From NCBI GenBank assembly GCA_001179505.1, contig CDMY01000288.1:1-64000 (forward strand): a stretch of 64,000 nucleotides of DNA, in the 5' to 3' direction. The notes beneath the pieces were generated by a model that was given only the letters and a program-made list of their open reading frames with translations, had not been told where the DNA came from and did no database searches. Both the position numbers and the translations under genes were made by a program. The stretch's first letter is position 1, and the number at the start of each line of letters is the position of its first letter. Of this stretch, positions 1 through 12,135 are shown in pieces. This DNA is from Vitrella brassicaformis CCMP3155 (taxonomy: Eukaryota > Protista > Chromerida).

Positions 1-24
1 TCGAGCGCAGCGTCCCTCTCTCTG

Positions 25-1088
25 TCAGTGGTGTTGGTGACGGTGTCGGTGTTTGGTGTGTGTGGTGCGGCTGCTGGTGTATGCGATGAGGGACAGCTGG
101 TCGGGCTGACGCAGCACCACCTCTGATGCGAACCACACTATCTCTTGACCTAACACGACAGGACAACGTGGGCAGGAGTGCACTCTACTCTCCTGCACTT
201 GTGTGTGCTTCTCGTACCGAGGTTGCTTGTCGATATCGCCCCCATCACCGCCATCCCTGGCGACCTCCCTCAGTGTCATGGCCATCAGCTCCCACACCGA
301 CAAGAACCGAAACGGACTGCACGGATCACCACCTCCACCACCATTAGTATCATCTGGTGCTGCTCTGAAGGGCAGTGCGCTCTCCCTCAGCGTCATACGC
401 TGCAGCCGAAGTGTCACCGTCTTGAGACGAAGATGAGGAGGTACGGAACACGGCGACACAGGAACGGGGTCGATGAGAGCCCGTGGACGATCTGTTCTGC
501 TCGATCTGGCCGGCGTGTGTGTTCGTGGTGACGAGGCGGGTGTCTGCATCTCCCTCTCTTTCGCTCGGGTCCGTCGGCTGCTGCCCGTTGCTGTCTTGTC
601 TGTGCATCGGCAGGGTGAGGATCTCCTGTTGCCGGGCATACCGCACCCAGACGTCAGCGAGAAACGACGCCGCCTCCGTGGCACCCCTTCACGCCCATGT
701 TGCTCTCGTGAGATGGCGCACGTGGCGCCTCCCTCGCCATCAGACGTGCTGTGCGTATCGTCCTCCTGCTCGTCATGGTGGTGATGGCCATCGGTCTCGT
801 CATCCACCGCACTCGCGAGCGCCTCACTCGCCGTCTCTAGCGGCCCCTTGACCACCACCTGCTCCACCGCGAGTACGGCAGAAGATCCGATGTGGCTGTC
901 ATGTCCTTGCGGCCGTGTTGGCACCGCAGGAAGTGGGAGAGGATGAGCAGAAGCCTCAGACGGTTGGCGGGAGGGGGAAGGGGGTCGGTGTCCTTCTGGT
1001 CGCCGTTGCGGTTCTCCGGGTGGTGTGTGGCTGCTGCGATGGCCTGCTGCTCTAGGCGGCTGGCTTGTATGTCGGCTATGTCTGACAA
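25..1088 (-). CDS. Possible hypothetical protein exons (fragmentary, unresolved)
   Basis: Coding-like stretches (MSDIADIQASRLEQQ..., ...DEQEDDTHSTSDGEGG..., ...FRFLSVWELMAMTLREVARDGG) lie in overlapping minus-strand ORFs. No domain recognised and no consistent splice model built. Confidence 0.25.
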
Positions 1089-1539
1089 GGGCAGCAGGGA
1101 TGTGGCCGCGAAGACCAGATGTCTGTTTGCAGCCAGAAACGCAGCACACAGACATGGTGAGATTGCTGAGGGAGACGGGAATGGCTTGGTGTGGTTGGTG
1201 TGTCACCTGAGCTGCCAGAGGTCAGGTCGCCGCTCCGTGACGTCCAGCAAACGGACCAAACACTCCAGCCACTCTGACCGAGGGATCACACACAGTGGAA
1301 GACAATGCAATGCAGACTAGGCGACATTAGGACCACGTTTCTTCTCACCTTCTGATGCTCCGGCCGCCTCAGGAAGTGCACAACTAGCACTACATCCAAT
1401 GTCACCGATCAGCGGCTCTAGATCACGGCCATAGTCACTCCACAGGCCTCTTCTGCGGCCATGGCCATAACGAGATGGCACCGGCAGCCGCTGCTGCCGC
1501 GGCGCACGCCAACACACGTGCCAGTAGCTGTTGTCGCTG

Positions 1540-2134
1540 TCACCCTCCCCCTCTCCCCCTCCCTCTTTCACCACTTCCCTCTATCTGCATCTCGTCGGCC
1601 AGGAAGGACGCACACCCCCACACAAAGCCCGCCAGACCACCCTTGGCCGCACACGCCTCCTGCAGACCGTCCAGTGCTGACAATGCCTCACTGTGGGTAG
1701 GGGGGACGGCTGGAAGGGCTTCAAGAAGGCTGACGGTCTTGCGCATGGCCTCTGTGAAGCGGATGGCGGTCGGGTGCAGCGGGGGCTCTCCCTTGTCAGC
1801 TGTCTTGAGGCTAGGCTGCGTGGTGGGGACGGGTGGGGCCGTGTGTCCCTCCACTTCTTGACCACAAACTGAATCTTGTTGTCGAGCAGGGGCGGCAGCT
1901 ATGCAGGGGCGGTAGCTATGCATTCTCTTGTATGGACGAGTCCATGGAATGGCCGATGGATGGTGCAGAACGGCAACCAGCCTCACTCAGGCAGACCGGA
2001 CCAATAGTAGAGCAATGGCAGAGAGGAAAGGCCCAGACACGCCATCAAGCTACACAAACACACACTGACAGCACAACCGAAGAAACCTGTTTCCATTCCG
2101 TCCCTCTCTCCCTCTCTCTGTCTGTCTGTCTGTC

Positions 2135-2173
<39 letters not shown>

Positions 2174-4690
2174 CTCACCGAGGCACACGAAGGTTACGAT
2201 CAATGGCGGCGTGCTGCTCGATCCCTCGACTCCCTTCCCCAGCCGCGAAACCCGCCCCGCCCCACCTCCATCTCCTCCCACTGTGGTGCTGCTGCTGGGT
2301 CCTCCTGCTGGTGCGGATCGGCCGTGACCTCTCCTCCCCTGACCCGCCTCTTGTACAGCCGCTCCCACACAGGCTCCGTCCGGTCTTGGGCCGCCACAAT
2401 CCTCCGGGTGCCCGACACACCCATGGCCGCTGCTCGTCCGTCGTCTCCACCGCCTCCTCCTTCTGGGCGGTGCGGAGGGCATACAGCCGCTCGTGCACCG
2501 GCCCCTCCCTCTGGATGCGGCTCGCTATGCGGGTTAGCTGCGGCCTGAACGTACAGCCCGCTGGTGGGTGCGCGGGGGAGGGTCTGGAGGGCTTGGGAAT
2601 GGCGGGCTGCTGCTCAGAGGGGGGAAGGGTGCTGGCTGTGGTGGGCTGGTGGTGCAATGGGGGCCTGGTTGCGCCCGCGGCCGTCTGCTGCCGCTGCTGG
2701 TCGTCCTCCTTCTCCGCCTTCCGTGCCGCCTGCAGCAGCTCCTGCGCTGATGGCCTCTCCCCCCTTGGCTTGGCGATGGCGGCGGCGAGCAGGGTGGCGA
2801 GAGGGGCTGGGATGGTCGGGGGCACCTCGATGGGCTCGCCAACGTCGTCCGCGTCACCGCCCTCGCCGCTGCCTCGGCTGATGAACCGCCCCCCGACGAC
2901 CTCGATTATGGACTTGGCCGTCATCCACACGTCGCTGCTCGCGTCCATGAGGTCATCGGGGGCGGTGTCGGGGTGCAGGTGGCGCCAGGGGGAGCGACTC
3001 AGCTCGGGAGGCTGGTAGTCGATGGTGACCGCCGACGTGCTGCTCTCCACGAGCTGAGCTGCCCCCTCGAAGACGGCCGCCTAGCCGAAGTCGATCAGCT
3101 TCAGGCTGCTGCCCTTCCTGCCCTTCCGCCGATCGTAGATGACTGAAGAAAAAAAGAGCAGCAGGGGGCATGTACTTTGCATGGCATCCGTGTCTGTCTC
3201 TTCTTGTGTGTCTTACTGTTGGCAGGCTTGACGTCCCTGTGGATGATGCACTCACTGTGCAGGAACGCCAAAGCCTCCAACATCTGCCGCGCCACACGCA
3301 GGCCCTCGTGGTGCTCGAGCTGACTGGGGGGCTGATACCCCTTGCTAGACAGAAACTGAACACATCCATCGGCATAGCACACAACCAATCGCACGTGTGA
3401 TTGTCGATTTCCAGTGGCATCGTGTGCACACTCACCTCAGACAGCTGCAGGCCCTCTGCCTTCTCCACATAGATGGCCGCGGCGCCGAGCTCAAACTGAG
3501 CGGCCTTGATGCGGCAGATGTGGGGGTGCCTTCCCGCCCTCCTTATACGGCCCATGACACTACGATACACACACAGACGGGCGCACATACATGTGATCAA
3601 GCGGGTAGAGCATCGATGGCTTCATTCTCGCTTACCGTGCTTCATGCAGCACTGCGTGCAGCTTCTGCACCTCCCAGCCGCCGTCGTCCCAGCACCAGTC
3701 CGGCGCGTCAGAGAGCTTGTCGCGCTCGGCGGTGTAGCTGGTCGACGGGGCCTGCGCCATGGCCCGGGCACCTGCGCCATATCAGAAAGAAAGAAGAGGC
3801 CAAAGAGAAGATCATACAGGCGCATGAGATGCACCATGCGGCTGGGCGTACATACCTGTGTGTGTGTCGATCGTCTCGTGGACGCTAAACATCACGGCAC
3901 ACTCCCTCTCGCCCCTCGCCCTCATCCCCTCCATCAACACCTCCTGGTGGGGATCCCCGTCGCTGATGGTGGCCGTGTGCAGGAAGCGACGCCCCCTCCC
4001 TCCCCCGTCCGCCACCAGCGGCACCCCCAGCGCTGCTATCTCGGCGCTGGCAGCCCTCTTCATGCTGGCCAGTTCACTCAGACGTCTGAGTAGGCCGCAG
4101 AAGAAGGACCCCCTCTGCCAGGCCGTCGGCAGCTTGCACCAGACCTCTCGGGCCAGCTGCGCAAGCCAGTGCTGCTCAACGAACTTGTCGAAGCAGCTCA
4201 GCTGCGGCTTGCCGGCGCCGTAGAGGTCCTGGGCGGCCCAGTGGATGAGCTGGTGCACCCGTGGCAGCGACCTTGAGATGTCAGCAGACGTCTGGTCGCG
4301 CCACAGGGGTGCCTCATCGGCGTCGTGGGCGTCCCATGCATGGCGGCGGACTGAAGAAGCAAGCCGTTTGACACGAAACAGAAAGGTGAGTACGCAGGAG
4401 TGAAATGGCGCTTTGCAGAGGCCTGCCTACCTTCTGGCGGCGCCTTGGGATCGGGCGCGACAAGACCTTGTGCGTAGAGGTCCTGCAGGGCCATCTTTGG
4501 CCTCCTCCGCCCTCTCAGCTGCTCCCTTCCTCTCCTCCCCCTTCTGTTGCGCTGCTGCTGCCTGTTGAGCGGCTTCTCTGTCTCTCTCTCTCTCTCCTCT
4601 CGTGCGGCGACGGCTCCGCGTGCTCGAACCCGCCTTCCCCTGCGAGCCCCGAGCTCGCAATGAGGTGAATGGGGGAGATTTTAGCACAAG
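1540..4690 (-). pseudogene. Family-B divergent protein kinase copy B1, disabled
   Basis: Spliced exons give ...RVMGRIRRAGRHPHICRIK..., ...RQMLEALAFLHSECIIHRDVKPAN, ...LKLIDFG*AAVFEG...DYQPPELSRSPWRHLHPDTAPDDLMDASSDVW. In-frame TAG at 3081-3083 directly after DFG (paralog B2 has TCG). The presumed subdomain II Lys is CAG (Gln). Probable frameshift near 2425. Confidence 0.8.
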
Positions 4691-4696
4691 GCCGTG

Positions 4697-7271
4697 ATGT
4701 TGCCGCGACAGGCCCCGCAGAGCAAGGAGCCATCATGGGCAGACATAGCAAAGAAACCTCCCCGGCTCCCTGCGACCACCCTGCGCAGGGCTCCAGACAG
4801 CAAGTCGGAGTTCCAAGCCAGTAGCCGTCCTGAATCGGGACCATCGCATCCTTGTTTGAGCCGCCCCCTCCCGAATGGCCCTAGCTTCTCAAAAGATGAT
4901 AACATCGTAAGCATGGGAACAACAGGGCGAAAGATGTAATGCTTATGGATGGATGGATGGATGTAATGGATGGATGGATGTGTATGTGGATGCAGAAACC
5001 TGACTCCCCCCCTGGGCCTCGCAAGGATCCCCTGCCAGCGCCGGGCTGCCCGCCGTATGCCGTCCGGCTGTCGAGGATCCACGGAGCCGACCCCGAGACC
5101 ACCCTGCCCGACCTGTTGACGTACCTTCGCCAGCTTCGTGAGGAGATCAGGAAGGCCAAGGAGCTCCTCGGGCTGAACTTCACCACCCCGCCCGTCGACC
5201 CGCCCAGTAAACCAGCGCCAGAGAAGGGGAGGGGACGCTTAAAGGCCATTGATTCCGTCCATCGTCTCGTGTGTTCAGGTGTGGCTGAGGTCGAGGGGTT
5301 CATCCGCCGATGTGGCTCCGGAGGGAACCAATGGGCGGAGAACCACATGCCCGGCGTCGAGTACCCAGAGTGGCTGCTGGCGCTCTACATGCCGACGGTA
5401 ACCACGCTCAGCAGACATACTGAATGGAGTGCGTGATTGATTGTGTCTGTGTGGCGTTGTGCAGGTGGTGGTTGGCTCCGGCGGCTACGGGGGCATTCAG
5501 TTGTTCAAGCGTAGAGCTGACGCTCCCAGCTCTGCCATCCCATTCAAGAATCTCCCCTTCCTGCTGGTCAAGGCCCTCGCCAAGTCCACCTATAATAACA
5601 ACAAGGCGTACCTCATCGAGCGTGTAAGCGACTGCACAGACAGACAAGGGAGGGCAGGCAAGGATGGCCAACGGGTGCTTCTGCGTTCGTCCATGTCTCC
5701 CAGACCAAGGTTGAGTATTCGCTGCAGCGGATCGTGGTGAGTCCGTGGACTTGTACGGCCTACGCCTGGGAGCCGACGAGAAACCACGGCGTCATAATCA
5801 TGAGCTTCGTACCGGCACTCGACTTCGAGCACTTCATACGCCACTGGTGAGTGAGCACACGGAACCAACACACACACACACACACACACGTGTATGTCGT
5901 CTGTGTGTGTGTGTGTGTGTGTGTGTTGCGTGTGCTCCAGCATGACGCTCGGGGTGCCACTCGACGCCTCCGAGTGTGGTTTGGTCTTTCTTAGCTCCGC
6001 ATTCGCACTCGACAACATGCACCGCAACCAGTACGCCGTGCACACACACACACACACACACACATGGACGAAATATCGAGTCTTTCGCCATGGTTGGTGG
6101 TTGTGTGGTGCATGGATGTCTCAGTGCATCGTACCATAGGGACTTCAAGCTCGAGAACAGCCTGATCCGCGAGCAGGAGGACACCACGGTGGACCAGGCG
6201 GGTCGCCCGGTGACCTACCCGCGGGCGGTCGGCTCCATCCTCATCGACTACGGGGCAGCAAAGTGCGACGAATTGAAGTATGCGACGCTGCACACACACA
6301 CGCAGACAGACAGACAGACAGACACACATCCATTCCCTCTCCCTCTCCCTCTCCCTCTGATGTCATGCAGGAAGAACCCCACCGTGTACGGCACGCAAGG
6401 CATGCTGGCGCCCGAGGAGCGGTTCGGCCCTCGCGGACTGCGGTTCGCGAAGGTCGATGGCTGGGCGCTTGGCGCCACCCTGCTCGACTCACTCGCCTGG
6501 ACACACTTCCGTCGCCACGACCTCGATCAGATAGACCGCTTTCGCTTCGATTTGGTACGCACATGTGTGTGTTCGTGACGCGACGACTTCTCGACTCTGT
6601 GTGTGCATGTGATCCGTCAGAATAATCTGTTGAAGTTGCATTTGGATGACGACTTTACCAAGCGCCCTGACATTCCTGACGACTACATCCAGAAGAAGGT
6701 GGACCAGGAGATCAACCACGTGGAGAAGGAGTACGGGCCACTCGTGAGCGACCGGCCGCTATTCAACGCCCTCGCAGGCATCGCCCAGAGGCTGACCCCC
6801 AACGCGGTCAGTCGGTGTCTCCATGCCATATGTGTATTTATTGGGTACACGTGTGTGTGTGTGTGTGTGCAGGTGCTCCGTGAGGTGTTTTAGCGTGCGA
6901 CGAAGGAGAAGGCGCCACGTTCGGCGGAGGACGAGGCGCTGCATGAGCTGTGCATCAGCTTCATCAGACAACAGGCCAGCCTCCCCGGCAAGCAGGGAGC
7001 CCTCCACTGGCTCAGGATCGCGAGAGACAATGATGAGATCAGGCCCACCAGAGCCACCCCTACGCCCGCACCCAAGGCCTCTGCACCCAGGGCGCCCACG
7101 CAGCAGCAGCAGAGGGGCGCAGGACCCCCACAGCAGCAACTGCTGAGGCGCGCAGGGCCCACACTGCAGCAGCACCAGCAGCGGCAGCAGCACCAGCAGC
7201 GGCAGCAGCACCAGCCTGGGCGCCCACAGCAGCAGCAGCAGAGACAGCAGCCGCAGCCATTCCGGCGGTGA
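4697..7271 (+). CDS. Family-A divergent Ser/Thr kinase copy A1: complete kinase domain, premature TAG at 6891-6893 before a conserved tail and poly-Q region
   Basis: GT-AG exons read GSGGYGGIQLF (5465-), LLVKALAK, TKVEYSLQR (5704-5846), HRDFKLEN, LIDYGAAKCD, YGTQGMLAPEE, DGWALG. After VLREVF* the same frame stays open to TGA at 7269-7271 and matches the tail of paralog A4. Confidence 0.8.
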
Positions 7272-7904
7272 CCAGGATACACCACGACCAGAGAAGGTGT
7301 GCGTGTGTGTAAGAGAGACGTACGTATATGGAGGGAGGGATACGTACACACATACACATACATACGCTGGCTGCAGATAAACTCACTGACTGACTGACTG
7401 ACCGGCAAGATAGACAGACAAGGGGTCACTGCGTGGTGTGGTGTGGTTTGATCGATCAGACAGACAGACACTCAGATAGGCAGGCTAGGCTCTCCTCCTT
7501 CATTCACACCAGCCGAGGGAGGGCGGGTAGGGGGGAGGTGGGGAGGGGAGGTAGCCAAGCCAAGCCAGCCTGTCTGGCTGTTTGAACAGATGTATTCATT
7601 CGCACGCATGAGCCCCATCAATCAGCTAGGTGGGTGGGGCCAGCCAGGCTAAGGCGGGCTAATGCAAGGCAGCATAGATTGATTGTCATTCATGTGTGTG
7701 TGTGCCGACGAGTGAGTGTCATTTCATGTGTGTGTGTGCCGTTTCTTCCTCTCTCTCTCTCTCTCCCTGTTGCTATCTCTCTCTCTTTCTCTCTTTCTGT
7801 TTGTGGTTGGCTGAGACTGGAGAGAGGGAGAGGGAGAGACCAACAACGCGACTGACTCCATGACTGGATGCATATGTATGCGGTGTGCCTCCTTCCCAGC
7901 CAGC

Positions 7905-8110
7905 GTCTGTGTGCCTGTCTGTCTGTTCGTCTGTGTGTCTGTCTGTTCACCGGCCATTTTGCCCGCCCAAATTTGGGCGGGCGGGCAAGTGTGAGCCATT
8001 AGACCTGCCCGTTCCCTGCTCCTGCCCCCCTTGCCTTATCGCCTCTTTCCTCTACCGACCTTCTCTCTCTGTCTCTCTCCCTCTCTCTCCCTCTCTCCCT
8101 CTCTCAGGCA
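7905..8110. repeat. Short interspersed repeat, copy 1, containing a perfect 22-bp palindrome
   Basis: Aligns by eye with 25258-25420 (gtctgttcgtctgt...ggcca.tttgcccg...tttgggcgggc...gccattagacctgc...ccctgc...cttatcgcctc...(ct)n). GCCCGCCCAAATTTGGGCGGGC lies at 7961-7982. Confidence 0.7.
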
Positions 8111-8851
8111 GAACGGCGCAGAGGGCCCACCCCGGTGACAGACCGACACAGACAGACAGACAGATGCGTAGTGCGGGAGTGTGCATATGTAATGTGCGGC
8201 CTTTCTTTTCTAATGCTCGTGTGCACATAATGGGAGTGAGGCGTGTGGGCGTGTGGGTGTACGTGTGGATGGTCGGTCATTCAAGTGTTGTGAGCTCAAC
8301 AAGGCTGCAGGGGCAGCCACCTCTTCCTTCATTCATGTGTTCACGTGCAGGCAGGATGGGACTAGAGGGCGGATTGGACGGGACGGGGCGGGGCGGGACG
8401 GGACGGGACGGGAGGGACGAGATCGACACAGAGATGTGTGTATGCATAATATCCATCCATAAATCCATCAGTGGTCCTCATGAACACGTACATGAAAGCC
8501 CGACTCTCTCGCTTTCCCCTCCGTCGACTGTCTGTGTCATGGAAGAGAACAGCACCAACAAGCAAGGCAGCACTGATACCTCATCTCATTCCCCATCCCG
8601 TGTGACTCACGCACACAGGCGCAGGCAGCGACACTGTGCCACACCTGTGTGTGCGCCAGTGTCGCTGCCTGCGCCTGTGTGTACGCGGCCACTTGAGTAG
8701 CTAGCAGACGAGAATCGAGCCAAGGACCAACCACGCCAACTCAAGCGCCATCAGCACCACCACCGCCACCACCATGAGCAGCCCTCACATGTATCGGCCA
8801 GGCGGCCCGCCGCCCCCAAATGGGTTGAAAGGGCCGAAAGGGCTGCGGTCG

Positions 8852-10959
8852 TCAGAAGGGCGCCTGCACACAGACAGCAAAGGTGACCATGTGGATGGAT
8901 GGATGGACGGTCGGATGGGTCAGGTGCGGTAAGGAACCTACCTCGGTGGGAATGGTGGGAATGGAAACGGCGGCAGCGGCCGAGTGGGAGCCATAGGGGG
9001 CCGGGGCATGGTGGCCAACATGCGCTGAATCAAGAGATACAGGCACACGAAGCGCGTGTGTCGACTGGTTAGTTGCTTGGTTGTTGCTTGCTCACCCACC
9101 TGCATCTGTCTCTGCTGCTCGAGCCTGTCCATCTCCTCGATGACGCGACGCCGACACGCACGCTGACATTGACCACACACACGCAGCCATGAGCTAGCTC
9201 GTCAATCCATCCACTCCACCGCCTACCTTCCAGTAGACGAGTTGTGGCCTTCGCGGCGATCCCTCCAATGCAGCAGCAGCAGCAGGAGCAGACAACGACG
9301 ACGATGCCGATGCCGATGCCCTTGCTGGCTGGGCGGCGTCCTGCAGCTGCTGCTGCTGGTACTGCTGCGTCAGGGCCTCGATGTTGGTCGCACTGGGCGT
9401 GCCGATCTCACGCAACGACACACAATACCTGACACACACACGGACAGACAAACGAGTCCGACAGAGCGCATCACTGGATCAATGGCATCTGCGTGTGTGT
9501 GCGTACCTTCTGAGGTGCGTGTAGATGTGTTTCCAGAGCTGCTCGCATGGCGGGAGGTGTGGGTGGTGGTCACTGGATGGAGGCTCGCAGTGCACCTCTC
9601 GCCACAACGTGCTGGTCGTCGTGAACAGACGCGACAGACACGGAAACTCCTGACGGACACACACAGACAGAGAGACAGAGAGCCGTGTGGGTTTGTGTGT
9701 GTGTGTGTGTGTGTGTTGTGCTCACGAGTAGGTAGAAGATCTGCAGGAGCACCTCTGACGGCACCTCAACTGACACACAGCAGATGGGCAGTGCGCAGAT
9801 CGCCACCCATCCCTCTCTCTCTCCCTCACTGACCGAATGTCATTGGCCCGCGATGGCCGAGTAGGGGATGAACCAAGTAATACACAACCCTGCCACACAC
9901 CGAAAAGGACCAAAGACGGCATGTGGCACACACACATAGAGAAGCTGACCACCTCTCCACGTACCTGTTTTCGACCGTGGCGTCCGAGGCGCCCACCCTG
10001 ACCTCGCACTTGCCCCTCTTGCCGTTCTCTCCCTCCCCATACACCACCACATACCCCCCGACGCCCACATAACGCACTCGTATCTCACTCACCCCACCCC
10101 CACCCCCACCACCCACAGTCACGTCGACCACGCTCCCACCATCGATGGCGTTGAACACCGCCCTCTCCTCGTCTGTCTCTTTGCTGTTGTTGAGCCCTCT
10201 CTTGAGCAGCCGGTGCACGGCGATGGCGAGCGACTTGGGCGTGCTGGTGTCCATCTTTCGTGAGCTGTTGTTGCTGGCATTGGGGAGAGTGCTGGGGACA
10301 CTGTGGCGTAAGCGGGACACGGCAGCAACGGCAGCTGCAGGTGAAGGGCGAACAGGTGGATGGCTCTTGGGTGGAGGTGACGGGCGAGAGGGGCCAGATG
10401 GTGTGGGAGCAGCAGCAGGGGCGGGAGGTGGCGTCGCAGACGAGAACGGCCCTTGGCTCTCGAGAGCACTGAACGAAACACACACAAAGTGAAGGGCAGG
10501 AGGAGGTGGGAATGCGTGTTGAGTCTGTGCATGTGCACACCTCACCGACCTCTTGAGTGTCGAGTACTCCTCCAGGAAGGCCTGCACGTGGCCGCACATG
10601 GAAGGGCCATAGGTCGCCTTGTCGGGATCAGCCAGCTGCACCCATCGCCCCACACACATCCATCAACACACACGTGGGGACGTGTGTTTGTGGTTGCATG
10701 CCCCTCCTTGTCTGCCCCTGCCGCACTCACTCACCGAGAGCGTGAGCTTGGCCTGGAACTTCTCCGCCGACGGCTGCAGGGTCAGCAGCGCACCGTAGAT
10801 GTCGGCCGCAGACAGAGTCGTGCTGCCGCTGGTGTGCGCCTCCTGAAGCTCTGATGGCACACAGGCAGGCAGGGAGAGAGGGTGGATGCCGAGATGGATA
10901 CACGAGAAGTGATGCGGCTTACGTCTGAAGGCTTCGGTCGCTTTCTTGAACTCACTCAT
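8852..10959 (-). CDS. F-box-containing hypothetical protein (multi-exon)
   Basis: Exons from MSEFKKATEAFRR through a Pro-rich linker to the spliced F-box-like motif VPSEVLLQIFYLL/EFPCLSRLFTTTSTLWREV (about 9600-9780). Ends ...PFPPFPPR/APF*. Confidence 0.6.
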
Positions 10960-11710
10960 GCCGGAAACTTGTCGTCAAGGAGGCACATCTGCCGCAGTTG
11001 GTTGGTTGGTTAGTGTGTTTAACGAGAGTCGTGTCTGTAACCCAGGAGGGATCCTGTTGTCTCACGCACTAAACTAGCAGCATGTACATGCAAAGCATGC
11101 ACACGGCCTGTCTACCCCTCCCTGCACTGGCACCGGCGGACAAACAGATGGCAGCAGAGAGCACTGGCTGCCTTGTAGAACGTTGACAAACACCGATTCC
11201 GGCTACATACACAAGAACGGGCGCTGTCGCCCAGCAAGAGCCATGGCAAGTGTACAGAAGCCAGAAGGGGGAAGTAGAAAAATGAGCGCCCTCTGAGCCA
11301 CCAAAGCAACAATCAGCCAATCACATGAATACACCACCATATCCACACGGGACCCATAAGGAAGGAAGACAGGAAGAGAGCAGAGGGAGAGAGAAGGGAA
11401 TAGCCAGGCAGGCCATGAGGCCCTGCAACATATGATAGACGATACCTAAGGTGCACTCCATCCCTTCACACGCACTGAGTGGCTTGCGCTCAATCCATTC
11501 TTGCCAGACAGTCAGACAGGGGAAGACGACGTGTATTGGATCAGTGGGCAGCACGGTGTGATCTAAGTCGATAGGCACTAAGCAGGCACATGCACAGGAA
11601 GTCCTGGCTGGGCTGGCAGAGGAAGACAGAAGGCAGCTAGAGGGGAGAGCCCCGCCGCGGTAATGAACAAACACACAGACATGCGGCACTGGCTAAAATG
11701 GCATGAGTAT

Positions 11711-12135
11711 GGTCGCAACAGAGAGGCACGCCGAAGTCTAACCACACGCGCAACCATGCACACGCAAAAGAAAAGACATGGCGGGCAACGACACGTGATA
11801 GGCTACCGCAGAGAAGAGACCACACCAATGACAAGACATCACCAGCTGCTTCACCCTCACCACCAAGCACTCAAACGAAGACGATGAGCACGAGGACATG
11901 AAAGATAGGGGGAAGGCGGGGGAAGCAAGCTAGACAGACAGAGGCAAGAAGGGTCCCACATACAGACGGACAGAGGCAGCACCATGAATGACAGGAGTCT
12001 GGTCTCAATGCATAGAGGCATGCCGAAGTATAACCACACGCGTAATCATATGCACGCAAAAGAAAAGACATGGCGGCGTGCGACCTCACGTGATAGGCTA
12101 CCTCAGGCAGAGAGATCATCCAAATGACAAGACAT
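11711..12135 (+). repeat. Imperfect direct repeat of about 130 bp (11711-11839 and 12001-12135)
   Basis: Both copies share agaggca.gccgaagt.taaccacacgcg...atgcacacgcaaaagaaaagacatggcgg...cacgtgataggctacc...caatgacaagacat. Confidence 0.8.

Noticed and set aside
11320-11600. Possible kinase subdomain V-VIa relic (WQEWIERKPLS...IVYHMLQGL)
   Set aside because: No HRD or DFG or flanking homologous exons; resemblance too weak.
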